Shown here piece after piece: positions 10,310 through 21,372 of a DNA stretch of 64,000 bases. The DNA comes from a virus, in IMG/VR virus record IMGVR_UViG_3300045921_000191, positions 46,656 through 110,655 of that record, one strand, 5' to 3'. Under the pieces are notes generated by a model. It was given only the letters and a program-made list of their open reading frames with translations. It searched no databases and was not told the DNA's origin. Position numbers and translations under genes: made by a program. The stretch's first letter is position 1. Each line of letters starts with the position of its first letter.

Positions 10310-12814
10310 TTACTTCCTGATGAAAGTAAAGACTTCCGAAACTGTTGCGGCGGAAGCCAATGTTATTGAAGTTGTACTAGTTTCTTGATAGCGATCAGTC
10401 GCTGAGCCAAGAGACAGCGAGTTAAACATAAGAACTCCGTTTCTATAAACAAGTAGTTCACCAGTACCCACTGTATAAGTAGGAACTGAAAGAACGGTTC
10501 CGCTCAAACCAGATTGATCATATCGATATTGAGGAACATCTTCATACATTACCACAAGAACATCTGAAGCTACTAGAGCAACTGCTAAAGTAATTGAAGT
10601 GGCCGAAGTTTCTGTGTACTGATCTACAGCAGAACCTAGAGCCGAAGCGTTCATCAAAACCCCGTTTCTAAAAACCCTAAGAGAGTTGTTTCCAACTGTA
10701 TAAGCTGGGACTGAAATAGAGGTTCCAGAAAGTCCCGTCATTTCGATTCTATAGTTTGGTTTATCGTAATTATGAATTAACGAGAACACGTCGGTTCCCA
10801 CTGCTGCTGCTCCGAGTTTCAAAGTTGAATCGCTGAGTTCAGTATAACGTGCCGCTGCAATGTCTAGAGTCGCAGTATTAACCATTAGTAGTCCGTTTCG
10901 ATAAGCCTCTAACCTATTAGAACCAGTATTGTAATCTGCTCCTGTAGGAATAATGTTGCTAGTCTGACCGCTAACTAGGTTATGAAAGAAGTTGTAATTC
11001 TGACTTCCAGATTGAGCAATAACAATATCATCGCCAACTTGAGTGATACTAATTCCAGCTCCAGCCAACAGTCTGCGAAGTTCCATATTAGAACCAGCGA
11101 CTTGTTTAAATACGTTTCCAGTTCCAGTTCCAACGTTAACTCCAGAAGTTACGCCTGCGCCGCTGCCTGCATTAAAGCCTCCAAGAGTACCAATGCGGAA
11201 AGTAATAACATCATCGACCGTAAGGTCCATGTTAATTTCGATTTCATTACTGAGGGTATCAACTGCGCCGACCTCTAACCAATCAGTTCCTAATCGAAGA
11301 TACTGACCATTAAGGAAGAGTTCTAAAATACCACGACCAACTACGTACTCTTCAATCGTGTTAGAGTCTCTACTATCTAACGGAAGAGTAATAATGGTTC
11401 CAGCAATTACTGGTCCAGTAATTTCATGGTCGTCAGCAGGCGCTCCAGAAACAACTGTTACCGTTTCGTCGTAGATGTTACCTTGAATAGCAAGTCCAAG
11501 AGCGTTAATGTTATCGGTGTTGGTGGAGATCGCTTCTACTAAATGATCGCTAGTAGAGAATGTATTAGTGAAAATATTAGGATTAGGTGTGATCGAGTAT
11601 GGAACGCTAGTGGCTGTCTCGGGATTAAATCCAAGTAGCATTTGAAGAGTACGAGTCGTCTCGTCATTAATTTGTTTTTCTTCGCCAGGTTCCAACTCAC
11701 CCATACCGCGAAGATATACGCGAGTACCTTCTCGGTAAGCAAGCCAGTATGTTTGTTCTGAAAGAGGAACGCTTCCACGAGGAGAAACTTTGTAATTAGT
11801 GGATAAAGCTCCGACTCCATCATAAACAATGTTTGCGGTGGGGCTAGGAAGGGATACGTATAAAACTTCTTGGTCAGAAAGTGCAATGGCGTTTGCGCCA
11901 TCTTGACGAGTAAGGAATATGTTCGAACTATCATTGAGTGCTCGAATAGCAGATAGTTGATCGGAATCTAAAGGAGTTCCAGAGTCATCAGTGATACTAA
12001 GAGCTGAACCGTCCCAAGAGAATCTAGCGCTAGAAGATAATCCTACTAAAGTACTGAGTCCAGTGTTTTGAAATACCGCAGGTGGTGAAACGATAGAAGC
12101 TTCATACCAATAATTAGTACCTTTAGACTCTCGAATAGAGTCCATAACGGCATCAGCCCATTGTTTAAAGTTTTTAAGATCTTTATCGGCACCAGTAAAT
12201 TGAGTGACTGGGGGTTCGGTTCTAGAAGCCCAAGGATGAGAGTAACCAGCGTTGCCGCTTCGCCCAAGTCTCCAGAACATGTTTCTGGAATCTCTAATTG
12301 CAGTAATGATACCGCTTCCGTTTACGTCAACTTCACAAATTCTAACTTTGTCAGGATCGCCAGTAAAGTTAGTGGTTGAAATGTTTAGAGAAGCTTTTAA
12401 AAAGATAAAAGTATCTACGATCTGAGAAAACTCTCCGCCAGCTCCGCCATTAGCTGTTTGGTCCCAAAAAGCACGAGAGTCAGCACCACCAGTATCCTGG
12501 TCTACGGATATTTCAATGTAGTTTGTTGCGCTAGGCGTCAAAGATGCAGTGGACAGGTTTGAAAGGCTTGGAGCCCCGATGTACATTACCCCGTCATCCT
12601 CTCCAATGAGAAGGGTAGAGCCAGCTAAAACGATGTCGAGAGTGTCAGTGCCAATCCCAGAAGCTTCAAAACCAGAGATAACAAAGTTGCCGCTGGTCCA
12701 AACATTCTTATGAATAGCTTTAAAATCGGCGCAAACAAAGTCCTCAATATTATTGAAGTCTGGGCGATCCAGGCGCTCGTTTGGAAGAATTCTGACGCGT
12801 TGCAATAAAGCCAT
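10310..12814 (-). CDS. Baseplate-attached tail fibre/receptor-binding scaffold protein
   Basis: Directly follows the baseplate wedge genes; three C-terminal 'Y.xG...L.xYRNG.LM...Y.E.S' repeats. Confidence 0.65.
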   Translation of the reverse strand: MALLQRVRILPNERLDRPDFNNIEDFVCADFKAIHKNVWTSGNFVISGFEASGIGTDTLDIVLAGSTLLIGEDDGVMYIGAPSLSNLSTASLTPSATNYIEISVDQDTGGADSRAFWDQTANGGAGGEFSQIVDTFIFLKASLNISTTNFTGDPDKVRICEVDVNGSGIITAIRDSRNMFWRLGRSGNAGYSHPWASRTEPPVTQFTGADKDLKNFKQWADAVMDSIRESKGTNYWYEASIVSPPAVFQNTGLSTLVGLSSSARFSWDGSALSITDDSGTPLDSDQLSAIRALNDSSNIFLTRQDGANAIALSDQEVLYVSLPSPTANIVYDGVGALSTNYKVSPRGSVPLSEQTYWLAYREGTRVYLRGMGELEPGEEKQINDETTRTLQMLLGFNPETATSVPYSITPNPNIFTNTFSTSDHLVEAISTNTDNINALGLAIQGNIYDETVTVVSGAPADDHEITGPVIAGTIITLPLDSRDSNTIEEYVVGRGILELFLNGQYLRLGTDWLEVGAVDTLSNEIEINMDLTVDDVITFRIGTLGGFNAGSGAGVTSGVNVGTGTGNVFKQVAGSNMELRRLLAGAGISITQVGDDIVIAQSGSQNYNFFHNLVSGQTSNIIPTGADYNTGSNRLEAYRNGLLMVNTATLDIAAARYTELSDSTLKLGAAAVGTDVFSLIHNYDKPNYRIEMTGLSGTSISVPAYTVGNNSLRVFRNGVLMNASALGSAVDQYTETSATSITLAVALVASDVLVVMYEDVPQYRYDQSGLSGTVLSVPTYTVGTGELLVYRNGVLMFNSLSLGSATDRYQETSTTSITLASAATVSEVFTFIRK

Positions 12815-12873
12815 TTTATCCTAAATCCTTATTATATATTCCAGTCCAGTTTATCATATAAGTCTTCATTTTA

Positions 12874-14763
12874 TCAGAACACCAGAGGTCCCGAACCAGA
12901 AAGACTTCCGACTTGATCTGGACTAGTTGATGGTTCACAGCCTCGACAAACACACTCAAATAACACTTCGGGAAACTCAATAATGAATCTAACGACTACG
13001 CCTGCCGCTAATAACGATCTTATCAGAGATTGAGCGGCTGTTCTAGCTTCTTCTGTTCCTACTATGTAGACTGGATAATCGTCCCCTGTTACGCGAGGGA
13101 GTGTAGGTTGGTCTGAAATAAAATTTACTTTACTTCCTGGCAAGTGCTCTTTACCAAATACATAACTGGCGTCAATTAGTAGGGTGGAGTTATTAGGCCT
13201 ACTGTTGTATGTAATTGGTCCTTCTTGTTTAGATCTGCCAAAGTCTAATAGTATCTTTCCACTTTGATTTGGAAAAATACTAGCATTATTAAGTACTAAG
13301 CTAGGAGATACTTGACCTTCATTTACAGTTGCGGCTAGTTCTGAAGCAATTCCAGTAACAGTGAATAACTGCCCAACAGGATCGAAAATATAAGCAGAAG
13401 GATAGTTAGTTTGGATCAAATCGGGATCTTGCTGCAATGCGGTATCAAAAAGCAAAACCGTATTAGAGGTGCCGCCCGTGATTTGGTATTCAGAGCTGCC
13501 GACGGTAGTTCTAAGTCCGACTCGTTTGTAGTTTCCCGCAATTCCATCAGTAAAAGCTTGCAAAAAGCTAAGTTGAGAGTTTATTTGAGCAACTATCTCT
13601 TCAGAAGTTACAGCGGATACGTTTCCAAACTCTGAATGAGTAAAGGTTACTACATAAGGTGAACCATCAATATCTAGGTTTAGAGTTGAGGAAGCGCCTA
13701 GAGCGCTAAAGTCGAATACTTCTTTTTCGGAGAAGATCTCAGTTTTGGTTTCTTTTGGATGAACGGAGCCCTTTAAGCTTCTACGAAGAACTGGAACAGA
13801 ACTAGGAATCTTAATTACAACTTCGTTAGGGTTAAGCTCATATACGGCAGCTCTTACTTCAGTCATTTTTTCTAAAGAGAAATTTAGTCTAGATGGCGAG
13901 TTTGCAGTTCCACCATGTATCTGAATGCTTCCGAGTAGTCCAGGTGTATTGGTTCTAAGGTTTAATTTATTTCCAGACAAAGGGTCCACAAACACGCTAG
14001 CAGTAATGTTCCCATTATGCTCTACGTTTGAGTTGATAAAATTAACAAGTTCTTGAACAGAGATGTTGGTAATATCCTCGAATGCGTTTGGAATGAAACG
14101 AATCATTCGACGGTCTCGACCATTATCGACTTCATAGTCTAGCTCTAAGGGATCTACTATAGCCACTGTAGCAGCTACTGCTACTAGATTTTCAACTACT
14201 TTAGATAGAATAATCTCAGTATTTGAGACTACTGCTGAAACTTTGTAGTAGTTTTTATCAGAAAATCCGATAGGTTTTATATATTGGCCAACAGTTACTT
14301 CGCTTAAAAACGCAGAACCAACTCCGATGACTCGGTTTGAATTCTTTTTAAAAGTTGCAGTTCCAGAAAGAGTTCCTGCGGGTCCAAAATTAAAACTCTC
14401 TTCGTTACCGCTATTGATATTAGGTCTAGTAAATCCACTTCCCCAAAATACGTCTAACAATGCTATTAAAGTTTTACGAACCTGTTTAGGATAGTAAGAC
14501 AGAACTGGAATTAGTTTTCTAAAGTCGGCATCTTCTATGCCAAGTTCTGGACCACGAGATACTCCAACGTTGCTAGCTAGCATGTCTAGATATCTTGCCG
14601 AAGCAGTGTCTACAAAGATTTGATCTTTAGTTTCTTTAATCTGCACTTCTACTTCATCGTCACTTACAGCCCAAGCCTTAAGCAAGCCGCGAATCATAGT
14701 GTTCACCTCCGCTTTGTAAAGCGAGGGTAATGACTTACTCATCCTGGTAAATTTATCCGCCAT
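12874..14763 (-). CDS. Baseplate wedge protein (P2 gpI / T4 gp7-like) with inserted domains
   Basis: LPSLY...FVDTASARYLDMLASNVGVSR...DADFR N-terminus; LLAAGV C-terminus; follows gpJ. Confidence 0.75.
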   Translation of the reverse strand: MADKFTRMSKSLPSLYKAEVNTMIRGLLKAWAVSDDEVEVQIKETKDQIFVDTASARYLDMLASNVGVSRGPELGIEDADFRKLIPVLSYYPKQVRKTLIALLDVFWGSGFTRPNINSGNEESFNFGPAGTLSGTATFKKNSNRVIGVGSAFLSEVTVGQYIKPIGFSDKNYYKVSAVVSNTEIILSKVVENLVAVAATVAIVDPLELDYEVDNGRDRRMIRFIPNAFEDITNISVQELVNFINSNVEHNGNITASVFVDPLSGNKLNLRTNTPGLLGSIQIHGGTANSPSRLNFSLEKMTEVRAAVYELNPNEVVIKIPSSVPVLRRSLKGSVHPKETKTEIFSEKEVFDFSALGASSTLNLDIDGSPYVVTFTHSEFGNVSAVTSEEIVAQINSQLSFLQAFTDGIAGNYKRVGLRTTVGSSEYQITGGTSNTVLLFDTALQQDPDLIQTNYPSAYIFDPVGQLFTVTGIASELAATVNEGQVSPSLVLNNASIFPNQSGKILLDFGRSKQEGPITYNSRPNNSTLLIDASYVFGKEHLPGSKVNFISDQPTLPRVTGDDYPVYIVGTEEARTAAQSLIRSLLAAGVVVRFIIEFPEVLFECVCRGCEPSTSPDQVGSLSGSGPLVF

Positions 14764-14765
14764 AT

Positions 14766-17700
14766 TTATCCAATAATCAAATCCACATCATCAAGACGGG
14801 CTAATTCGCCATCTGCGATGGTGATGTTTTCGGTATGGTTAGAAATCTTAACGTCAAATACTCCAGGAATTCCTTGGGCTGCAAATATAATTTCAGACAA
14901 TACCACGTCTTGACCAACATCCCTAGAGTTCACGTATCCAGTGATAGCGCTTGCGATGCTGTTTGTGATTGCGCTTAGGTTAACGCCTTCCTCGGTAGTC
15001 ACGTCGACGATCAACTTAATCTTGATAAGAACTGGGGAAATTACTTCAAACTGAGTTCCAGCGGCACCAAGACCAGGAAAGTTATTAGAATCTCGATCTA
15101 AACCGTCAATAGTCCACTGAGCTAATTGAATCAATCCAGTGAAATATTTGTAACCGTCAATACCCTCTATTTGAGTGGTAGAGAAATTTAGACCATTCAA
15201 GTCACGAATTGCCGCACTGAGTTGAGGAGTAAATCCAGAAACATCAATCGGAGTATTTGTTTCGTCGTTTAGGGAAATAGTGTAAGGGGCTGAAGTTCCT
15301 ACTACGTCTACTATAAATGCTCGCTTAGAAATTCTAAAAGACGTTCCAATAACTAATGGGTTTGGAGCACTATCGGTTAAAACTATTTCTCCAGTAGCAT
15401 TATTATATGCTGCCACTGTTGTAACATGTCCTGCGTTTAGTCCTGACAAAATCTCTAGTTCTAATCCGTCAAAATATGCGGGTAGTCCAGAAATCAAAGA
15501 GGTCGCGATTAAAGTGTCGTATGGCGCTACTGCATCACCAGTGGTAATTGTAGAGTCTACCGTTAACAAGACTGGTAAACCTTTTGCTAATCCAGCTTTT
15601 GAATTGGTAGTAACGTCGTTTACTGGAGCGCCTGCAACAATGCTTTCGATAGCAATGCCGATTCTATTACCAGACCCGCCCGTAACAAATACTTTTCCAG
15701 AAGAGCCAGGAGTCTTAGTGGATAGCTGTACCAGGTCGCCTTTAATACCAGTAGCTTCTGCTTTAGCGACTACCGATATAGTGGTAGTGTTTAGATCGTT
15801 TAACAGCGTTACCACGTTGCTCGCAGTTCTGGGAACTATAGCAAACGTATCCCCTGCCGCGATTGTGATCGGTGCTGTTGAAGGGAATATAGAAGTCGTG
15901 GTAAATAGTCCAGTGACCCCAGTATAAGTAAGTACGTATTGAAGTGTTCCTTCATTTGCTCCACTAGTCCAATAAATCCAAAAATCGGTAAAGAAGTTTG
16001 AGGTTAAATATTTTGCGCCCAAAGCTGGAACTGCAAAAGAATTTGACCCACCAGTAACAACCTCTTCAGCAATACTCAAAGGAACTGAAAAAGTTTTATT
16101 AGTATTGTCGCCATCGAAAATCGCAACTAGAGTTTGATCGGGTCCGAGAGTAAAGCCTAATGCTCCAACGACTCCATCTCTATCTGAGTTAGAGGAAGTT
16201 AGATATGCAGTATTAGTTTCTTGGTTGTTTTGTTCTTCGGTAGAAAAGGCAAGAACTCCATTTGCCGAACCGCCAAGAATCTGAATAGAGCCAGCATCCG
16301 TAAAATTAGTTGTGCGAAGTCTTACTTTTCCGTTAGACAGTACTTCTGAAGTACCGCCGAGTAGTTCATCATTGATGGCTGCCACAACTTCTAAAGCGAA
16401 TACGTTAGTGGGATCTGCAAAATCAGAAGCGTGTACAAATTGAACTACTTGAGACAGTATGAACCTGTCTCCTAAAGCAATAGGATTAGTAAATCCAGTA
16501 GTGGTTTGAAGCTGGCCGTTACTAGGATTATATGCGGCTACGTAGCTTACTTCTCCCAAGTTATTCCCACTGATCCATTCGATATGGAATCCAACAAAGA
16601 AATTAGTATCAAAATCAATTAAAGAAGTTGATCTGAAAGTATCATAAGCGGCTACAAAATCTCCAGTAGTAACAGTGGCTTCGATTCCGCCATCAATTCT
16701 TACGATGAGAGATGAAGAAGCTCCTAGGATAGAAAAATCAAAAGTTTCAATAGTAGAATCTACGAACGCACGAGTATTCACGCTGCCCGCAGTTAAACTA
16801 TCTCCGACGACAAGTGGGACGGCTAGTTCGATCTGACCGTTAGATCTATTAAGAGTATAATCTTTGTTCTGGCCTTCAACTAACTCGCTAAAGTTCATTT
16901 TAGTGCCTGCAACGTTAGTGTGAGTACCGCCTCGATAAACTTCTGTAAGATATAATTGCGTATCACTTTCTATAGATTCTATTTTAGTCCACGAGCCTGT
17001 TCCGTCTAGCCCAGCTTTAATCCATTGGCCTTCTTCTAACTCGGTAGTGAATTGTGTTCCAGTTCCGCTAATAGATTTGTTGCCATAAGTTGTGGATATT
17101 TGACCAGAGATAGACTCGGCTGTGCAATAACCCATAGCTACTGCGCCAGCGCCTCCAAGAACTTGAATCTTAGAATCTGCGCTATTTTCTTTTTCAGAAA
17201 GCAAAAGCACTCTAGTACCGTTTACTGCGAGTTCGGCTGAAGACAAATTGAGTTCTGTTTGAATCCTAATCAACGCTTCCGAAGCTAATCCTTGAGCTGG
17301 GTTTGCAAAGTCGGTTGGAGCAAAACTAATTACTTCAGTTTCTACTTTATCCCCGTTTGCTGCAATTTCCATCTGAGGAGAATTCCAAATAACTAAATCC
17401 CCAGTGCCGCCGCCAGTTGGTGCGTAATCTGTTTCTAGGATCAGTTTAAAATTATCTACTACGGTCTTAACTTTTCTATATGATGTATCTGGATCAGATG
17501 AAAACTTAACATAATCTCCTGGAGATACTATAGAAGGAAAAGGTTCAGTTCCAGCTACTAATTTAGTAACAATTCTGGAACTAGGAGTTACAGTAAAATC
17601 GTTATCAGAGGTTGTGACAACTGATGCTGAGAAATCGAAAGGTTGCGCTGCACTAATTAAGGAAGCAGTTAATCCGTCTTTATTGAGAATTTTATCATTC

Positions 17701-19121
17701 TTATAAAGTTTAAGAGTAAATACCTGTCGTTCTGGGAAATTTAAAATAGCCTGCGCTGTGGAAGATTTATTGATTTGAATTTCTTCGTTCTTATCTGCTA
17801 TAGGAGTAATAAGGAGTTTTCTTCCTGAAGCATCTGTTAAAGTTCTGGCCTCGAAGATAGTAGAGCGAGCATTAATAGCTTGCGATACTTCCGTTGCTTT
17901 AGCTGTACCTGGAATTGAAAAGTCGGATGCTAGGAAGGTAAAAGTCTCTTCGTTAGTTCCAACCCTAATAATTAGGGTCTCTCCGCCAAACAAATTAAAT
18001 GGTTCGACTTTCTGAGAAATTAATTGAGCTTTTACTAAAGGGAAGTTTTGTAATTGAAAAAACTGTTCTCCTCCAGTAGCAGAAGTTATCAACGTTTCCA
18101 ACCCAGTTGGGGACAAGGATGGCTCAAGGCCTCTGCCATTATCGATATAAACTTTAGTGGGACCATCTGCCAATACAACGGGAGGAACTACGTTTGCAGA
18201 CACAATGCTGCTGTTAGTCTCGCCATCGATCAAACCGATGACACCTGTCTTAATGGAACGTCCAGTTCCTCGCGAAAGAGCTTGAATAGTATCTCTAATA
18301 CGGTCTCTTAAGGCTTGGTCTGATTCTTCATCCCTACCGTTTACAAAAGGTAAAGGGTTAAATACGCTAGCTCCAGTAAAAGGGGCATTTACAAAATTAG
18401 AAATTGAATTAGAAGGAACTGAGAAAGCTCCAGGATCTAGAGCAGTAACCAGTACATTGCTGACTATATTCTCTCCATCCAAAAGAACTACGGTTTGATT
18501 GAGTTCAAATAATACTTGTTCACTAAAATCGTTGGCAGGAATCTCAACTTCAGTACCAGCAGTAATAGTTCTATCTCCGAACTGGGATAAAACTACAGTT
18601 TCGTCTGTGCCGTGATCGTTCAGCAAAGCTGTATCCAATGTAATAGTCCAATAAGATGTATTATTGACTGGTGCAGAAGAATAGGCAATGGGGCCTTCAG
18701 AATTGGAAGTTCCGCGACCTAAATATACCGAACCAGAAGCAGGAAAAGTGCTAGCGTCGTCTACGTTAATTACGGTGGTTCCTGCTGTGGGACCTGGAAG
18801 GCCTGCGAATATCTTAGAAGCTATTTTAGAAAATCTAGCATCTTCGATTGTAACAAAGCCGCTATGTGGACGAGGTTGTAATCGGGTCAGACCGAATTCA
18901 GAAGCGCGAGAATCTAGATCGGCTCCCTCAGTTGTATCTAGATTGTAATTCCTGATGATATTAATCATCTGGATGTATTGTTGAAAGTCTTCTTGAGCTG
19001 CTGTTTCTAGCAAGGTAAGAATGTTAGAACCTGGATTAAAGTCAGTGATCGGAGTTTCTGCGGCAACTTTTGCTGCCATATCCGCTACGATTTGAGGGTG
19101 TGATTTTGGAGTAAAAGCCAT
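14766..19121 (-). CDS. Baseplate J-like wedge protein (T4 gp6/P2 gpJ) with a large internal insertion
   Basis: ITDFNPGSNILTLLE, LDSRASEFGLTR, GRDEESDQALRDRI, C-terminal GQDVVLSEI...IPGVFDV. Confidence 0.9.
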   Translation of the reverse strand: MAFTPKSHPQIVADMAAKVAAETPITDFNPGSNILTLLETAAQEDFQQYIQMINIIRNYNLDTTEGADLDSRASEFGLTRLQPRPHSGFVTIEDARFSKIASKIFAGLPGPTAGTTVINVDDASTFPASGSVYLGRGTSNSEGPIAYSSAPVNNTSYWTITLDTALLNDHGTDETVVLSQFGDRTITAGTEVEIPANDFSEQVLFELNQTVVLLDGENIVSNVLVTALDPGAFSVPSNSISNFVNAPFTGASVFNPLPFVNGRDEESDQALRDRIRDTIQALSRGTGRSIKTGVIGLIDGETNSSIVSANVVPPVVLADGPTKVYIDNGRGLEPSLSPTGLETLITSATGGEQFFQLQNFPLVKAQLISQKVEPFNLFGGETLIIRVGTNEETFTFLASDFSIPGTAKATEVSQAINARSTIFEARTLTDASGRKLLITPIADKNEEIQINKSSTAQAILNFPERQVFTLKLYKNDKILNKDGLTASLISAAQPFDFSASVVTTSDNDFTVTPSSRIVTKLVAGTEPFPSIVSPGDYVKFSSDPDTSYRKVKTVVDNFKLILETDYAPTGGGTGDLVIWNSPQMEIAANGDKVETEVISFAPTDFANPAQGLASEALIRIQTELNLSSAELAVNGTRVLLLSEKENSADSKIQVLGGAGAVAMGYCTAESISGQISTTYGNKSISGTGTQFTTELEEGQWIKAGLDGTGSWTKIESIESDTQLYLTEVYRGGTHTNVAGTKMNFSELVEGQNKDYTLNRSNGQIELAVPLVVGDSLTAGSVNTRAFVDSTIETFDFSILGASSSLIVRIDGGIEATVTTGDFVAAYDTFRSTSLIDFDTNFFVGFHIEWISGNNLGEVSYVAAYNPSNGQLQTTTGFTNPIALGDRFILSQVVQFVHASDFADPTNVFALEVVAAINDELLGGTSEVLSNGKVRLRTTNFTDAGSIQILGGSANGVLAFSTEEQNNQETNTAYLTSSNSDRDGVVGALGFTLGPDQTLVAIFDGDNTNKTFSVPLSIAEEVVTGGSNSFAVPALGAKYLTSNFFTDFWIYWTSGANEGTLQYVLTYTGVTGLFTTTSIFPSTAPITIAAGDTFAIVPRTASNVVTLLNDLNTTTISVVAKAEATGIKGDLVQLSTKTPGSSGKVFVTGGSGNRIGIAIESIVAGAPVNDVTTNSKAGLAKGLPVLLTVDSTITTGDAVAPYDTLIATSLISGLPAYFDGLELEILSGLNAGHVTTVAAYNNATGEIVLTDSAPNPLVIGTSFRISKRAFIVDVVGTSAPYTISLNDETNTPIDVSGFTPQLSAAIRDLNGLNFSTTQIEGIDGYKYFTGLIQLAQWTIDGLDRDSNNFPGLGAAGTQFEVISPVLIKIKLIVDVTTEEGVNLSAITNSIASAITGYVNSRDVGQDVVLSEIIFAAQGIPGVFDVKISNHTENITIADGELARLDDVDLIIG

Positions 19122-19126
19122 ATTAT

Positions 19127-19549
19127 TTACCTAGTTACCGCAAATTGCAAAGGAACTTCAATACCAGTGTTACTAAGTGTTACTCGCATATCCACCACGA
19201 TAGTTCCTCCAAAAACTGACACGTTTACAAAAACCTTATCAAAGCGAGGATCAGTGCTAAGAGAATTCAAAATCTGCATTTTGATCTCAAAAGCGCTGAG
19301 CGTTTTCTCGCCAATCCTTAAATTAGTTCCAATCTCAGGATGATAAACCAAACCTCCTGGTTCTATTTCCAGTTTGAGTCTAACAGCTTGAGCTGCGTTT
19401 TGTCCACCAGCAATTAGCTTTAAATCTTTAAGATTGCTGATTTCTAGATCCCCGTCCTGACTGATTTTAAGATCAACTCCGAGATTCTTCTCGACTTCAG
19501 ATAAGTCTTTAGTTATATTGTACTCTTTGTTTCGGATCAAGTTTGCCAT
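19127..19549 (-). CDS. Baseplate wedge/sheath initiator (gp25/GPW-like)
   Basis: GDL...G.NAAQAVRLKL...G.L.YHPEIG...LSTDPRF; directly upstream of gpJ. Confidence 0.85.
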   Translation of the reverse strand: MANLIRNKEYNITKDLSEVEKNLGVDLKISQDGDLEISNLKDLKLIAGGQNAAQAVRLKLEIEPGGLVYHPEIGTNLRIGEKTLSAFEIKMQILNSLSTDPRFDKVFVNVSVFGGTIVVDMRVTLSNTGIEVPLQFAVTR

Positions 19550-21303
19550 TAGTCTACTCCGATCAAGAGTTTATCGCCAGGAATCTTAACGCCATCTCGA
19601 CGCACCGTGTCTATATAAGGGGGTTTTAAATTGTTCAAAACAACGATATCTACCCAACGGGCGGCATCTCCATACTCTCGTTGCGCAATACGTTCTAGGA
19701 TTTCGCCTCGCTCGATTACAATCTCTCGTACTGCGGTGGGAGCTGTGAGAGATAAAGAGCCTGCAAAGGGCGCAGACGCTTTGTCAAAGGCAGTTTGAGC
19801 GTCAGATTGAAACATACCATTAGTGGCAAGTACGGCTTGTAATGAGGACTGTATCGTTTGTAAAGCTCCCAATAGAAGCATCTCTTCGTCACTAGCAACC
19901 TTTAAAGGGTTAGGCTGTGACGTGGAGACGCGGCGTACAATTTTATCGTAATTGGGATCTCCTAGGTTAAGGGAGTCTGCTATATTTTCTGATAACGAAC
20001 GTGCTTGAGTAATGACGTTTTCTACAAAAGATCTAGGTAGCGGGACTCTGTTATCTGTTTGTATTTTATTAAGAATCTCTCTCGACTCGTTAAATTGTCC
20101 AGGAGTGAGTGCGGACGAAGAACCTGATGTAGCGTTTTGAGTTGATAATGAAGTCGAGGAAGTTGATGAAGCCCTTGATCCAGATGCAGTGCTGCCAGTG
20201 AGAGAGAAGTTGTTTACAGAACTAGCAATTTCTCCAGCAGATTCGCGAATATCTAATACCGAGGCTTTAACGTTTCTAACCAAAATTGCTGGCAAAGACA
20301 GGGTAGTAGCTACTCCGTCCGATATGTCTTCTAGAGCAAACTGCAATTGACGCAAAGGTCCAAGAAAGGTTTGATCAATAGCTTGTGAAAAACGTTGTAA
20401 TAGTTGATTAGAAGCGCCAATCACTGCTCTAGCTTGCCTAATGGCAGCGGTAGAATTCGCAGCAACGTTTGCTATTTTATTCAATAAATCCGCTGAACTA
20501 CCTTCAGATCTACCGACTCCGTCAAGGGCTGCATCTGGAGTTCCAATAGCCTTCAGTACGATTCTATAATTATAAGTCATGGGAGACTTTGAGTTACGTT
20601 CCATAACAAACTCAAGCGGTTCCACGATCAAAGTCTGAGAATCTTTTTCATTTACAAAAATAAGAAATCGATCCCCATCAGAATCGACTTTCTCTTTTGC
20701 GTATCTAAGAAAGAATTGACGGAGGCGAATAAACTCTTCATATCCTGAAAGAGTAGAAGTACTTTGGGATAGAGACTTACCGTCCTCTACTTTAACTCCC
20801 GCTGGTTCTCTGGGAGGAGCAGTAAAGTCTGAGAAATTTGCTTGAGGAGAATTAGATCCACCGCGAGGGCCTGGCATGATACCAGTGGTCCCTTGTATAA
20901 CAATGTCTTTAAATACAACACCTTCCGACTCAACAATTACCCCTTTTCGGGTGGCAGAAATATTAGTCGCGAAGATTTCTTTTTGAGAAATTGCTTGAGG
21001 AGGGATATCCAAGTAGTAGATATTTTCTTTAGGAATATTCTTACCTACAATTTTAGAGGCAGTTAGAATAGCGAAACCGTATTTAACTTTATTCTTATTT
21101 GAACCAGCATTACCAATCCAATTAGACTTCTCATAAGCTAAAGCTCCGCCAAGTTTTGGATTGAATAAAGCGACATCTTTATTGTCGTTCCTGACAGATT
21201 CGCCTTTATTGTTGCCTTTGGTTGAGCCGAGGCCAAAGATTTGCTTGATGGACGAACTGAAATCATCCACAATCTTCGTAAATGGTCCTAAACTCAAAGC
21301 CAT
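19549..21303 (-). CDS. Tail tube initiator/baseplate protein with C-terminal LysM-like domain
   Basis: GEILERIAQREYGDAARWVDIVVLNNL...PGDKLLI; N-terminal tube-like segment (IVIQGTTG). Confidence 0.75.
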   Translation of the reverse strand: MALSLGPFTKIVDDFSSSIKQIFGLGSTKGNNKGESVRNDNKDVALFNPKLGGALAYEKSNWIGNAGSNKNKVKYGFAILTASKIVGKNIPKENIYYLDIPPQAISQKEIFATNISATRKGVIVESEGVVFKDIVIQGTTGIMPGPRGGSNSPQANFSDFTAPPREPAGVKVEDGKSLSQSTSTLSGYEEFIRLRQFFLRYAKEKVDSDGDRFLIFVNEKDSQTLIVEPLEFVMERNSKSPMTYNYRIVLKAIGTPDAALDGVGRSEGSSADLLNKIANVAANSTAAIRQARAVIGASNQLLQRFSQAIDQTFLGPLRQLQFALEDISDGVATTLSLPAILVRNVKASVLDIRESAGEIASSVNNFSLTGSTASGSRASSTSSTSLSTQNATSGSSSALTPGQFNESREILNKIQTDNRVPLPRSFVENVITQARSLSENIADSLNLGDPNYDKIVRRVSTSQPNPLKVASDEEMLLLGALQTIQSSLQAVLATNGMFQSDAQTAFDKASAPFAGSLSLTAPTAVREIVIERGEILERIAQREYGDAARWVDIVVLNNLKPPYIDTVRRDGVKIPGDKLLIGVD

Positions 21304-21372
21304 GATTTTCCCTTTATTTTATAATAGTTAGACCGTTTTACGGATCTTACTCATTTATTATAGCACTTAACC

